The notes under the pieces were generated by a model. That model was not told where the DNA came from and made no database searches. It saw only the letters and a list, made by a program, of their open reading frames with translations. Source: Octopus sinensis (lineage: Eukaryota). From it: a stretch of 64,000 nucleotides of DNA. The DNA is taken from positions 124,001 through 188,000 of the forward strand of contig NW_021832229.1 in assembly GCF_006345805.1 (NCBI RefSeq), in the 5' to 3' direction. The position numbers and the translations under genes were made by a program. Shown piece by piece: positions 62,434 to 64,000 of this stretch. How positions within the stretch are numbered: the stretch's first letter is position 1; each line of letters opens with the position of its first letter.

Positions 62434-62516
62434 CTTTCCTGATGAGAAGATGGCATAATGCACCATTTATTCCTTCGGAATTAAAAGTATGCCGTCTTCG
62501 AAACATGTGCCGAGAG
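62434..62516 (+). ncRNA. Hammerhead duplicate with cleavage triplet changed to GCC
   Basis: Same as 46046-46128 except GTC to GCC at 62509-62511 (loss of U16.1). Confidence 0.75.
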
Positions 62517-62692
62517 TAAAATCTTCGTTCGACTCCATTCTTTCATTTATTCATATAAATAACACAAATTTGCACACAAGAACCCGGAGTTTCTACCCTT
62601 GACAGGTCACTTCAACTGTGTTTTCTGACGTGAATTTGCTACCCAGGTATCGGTTAAACGAATTTTCCATGCTAGGATAATTCATTCACCTA

Positions 62693-62737
<45 letters not shown>

Positions 62738-63293
62738 TATATACACACATATACATGAATACATACGTTTATATAATTCTGATAACTGTGTGTGCGTGTT
62801 TATATATATATATATATACATATACACACACACACACACACAGATATCACAATTTGTAAAATAGTACTTAGATTATTTCAAGTTAATTTCAGTTATGCGG
62901 ATGCAAAGTCTCATACAGTTACGCATATACACACACACATACATACACACACGCAACACCAGACAGTGACATAATTTTCATTTCTCCATTTCTGCTGGAA
63001 TGTTAATGCCGGGGAAGAAGGAGGGTATACTGAGTAAGTGAAGGGAATTAAAATGTATCAATCCCACTAAATCCTTAGTACATGGTTACGTAGCTAATAG
63101 CATCACACAAACACATACACACACACACACAAAACCCTCTTCCTCTTCTTTCTCCCTCCCTCTCTCTCTCTCTCTTGCTATCACTTTCTTTCCGCTCTCT
63201 CATTTACACTCTTCCACCATCACCGCCCATCTTTGACTGCTGACGCAAACTTTTCATATCGCATTCATATAATGAGAAATAAAGACGCCAATC

Positions 63294-63325
<32 letters not shown>

Positions 63326-63374
63326 AACAACACCACCACACACACACACACACACATATATATATAAATATATA

Positions 63375-63406
<32 letters not shown>

Positions 63407-64000
63407 GCATAATTGTGTGGTACTTCAATGAAAAAATGTATGGTAAATAAACAAATGACGCAAGATATATATATATGCGCACATATATATATATATATAT
63501 ATATAACATTTACTAACTCTTACGATCAGAGGCTAAACCGCTTTATTGGTAAGTTACGATTTTCATTATATTATATCGGCCATCTATTGGCCATCGTCCA
63601 CCCTCCTCAACGGCATTTAGGATGGGATAAAAAGGGTCTCCACCATTAAGAACTCATAAGTTTGTGTCCCCAAATGACCTAAAATGTTTTTTTATGCTTT
63701 TATTTTTACTTCAGTAATTTTCAGTTAACCCATTAGCATTGGCACTGGCCACGTCGGGCCCAAATATTCTTTCTGTTTTCTGTTGAAACTGAACAGATCA
63801 GCCCTTTCACAACCACCATGCAAAGTTATTCTAAAAGTAAGCAATCACATAATCAAAATCTCAAAGCTAGAAGATAACGTATGTTTAATTGTAAACGATG
63901 TGAATAAATAAGTAATTCATCCGAATGTTGAAGGAGTATCCTCTTCTAGCTGGTACAATAATGAAACAGCAATTCCATCTCAAATTACAACATGTGGGGT

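Larger units (their letters stand above)
49548..64000 (+). repeat. Tandem segmental duplication, copy 2, with ~9 kb extra sequence at 51614-60584
   Basis: See copy 1; runs off the window end. Confidence 0.95.

Overview
Eukaryotic, AT-rich, microsatellite-dense DNA made almost entirely of transposable elements. The SINE families look like those of octopod cephalopods; this is my recognition and was not checked against a database. Nearly all ORF-track entries are microsatellite or antisense artefacts. Mobile content: (1) two near-identical CR1-type LINEs in inverted orientation (2524-6591 minus, 10868-14410 plus) whose ORF1 carries CCCH zinc fingers; (2) a 5'-truncated RTE LINE and a short element sharing its 3' tail; (3) many Penelope-like element (PLE) pieces, with about a dozen hammerhead or hammerhead-like ribozyme motifs, several in foldbacks that put a ribozyme on each strand; (4) mariner, Tc1 and Tc2-type DNA transposon relics and tRNA-derived SINEs, one ending in a hammerhead-like motif; (5) a ~7.18-kb tandem duplication (from 42365 and from 49548) whose second copy holds two full-length Dong/R4-type retrotransposons in a (TAA)n tract that is empty in the first copy. 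One host coding exon, missed by the ORF track, encodes most of a Ly6/uPAR three-finger domain (31054-31238, plus). No rRNA, intact tRNA or CRISPR array was seen.
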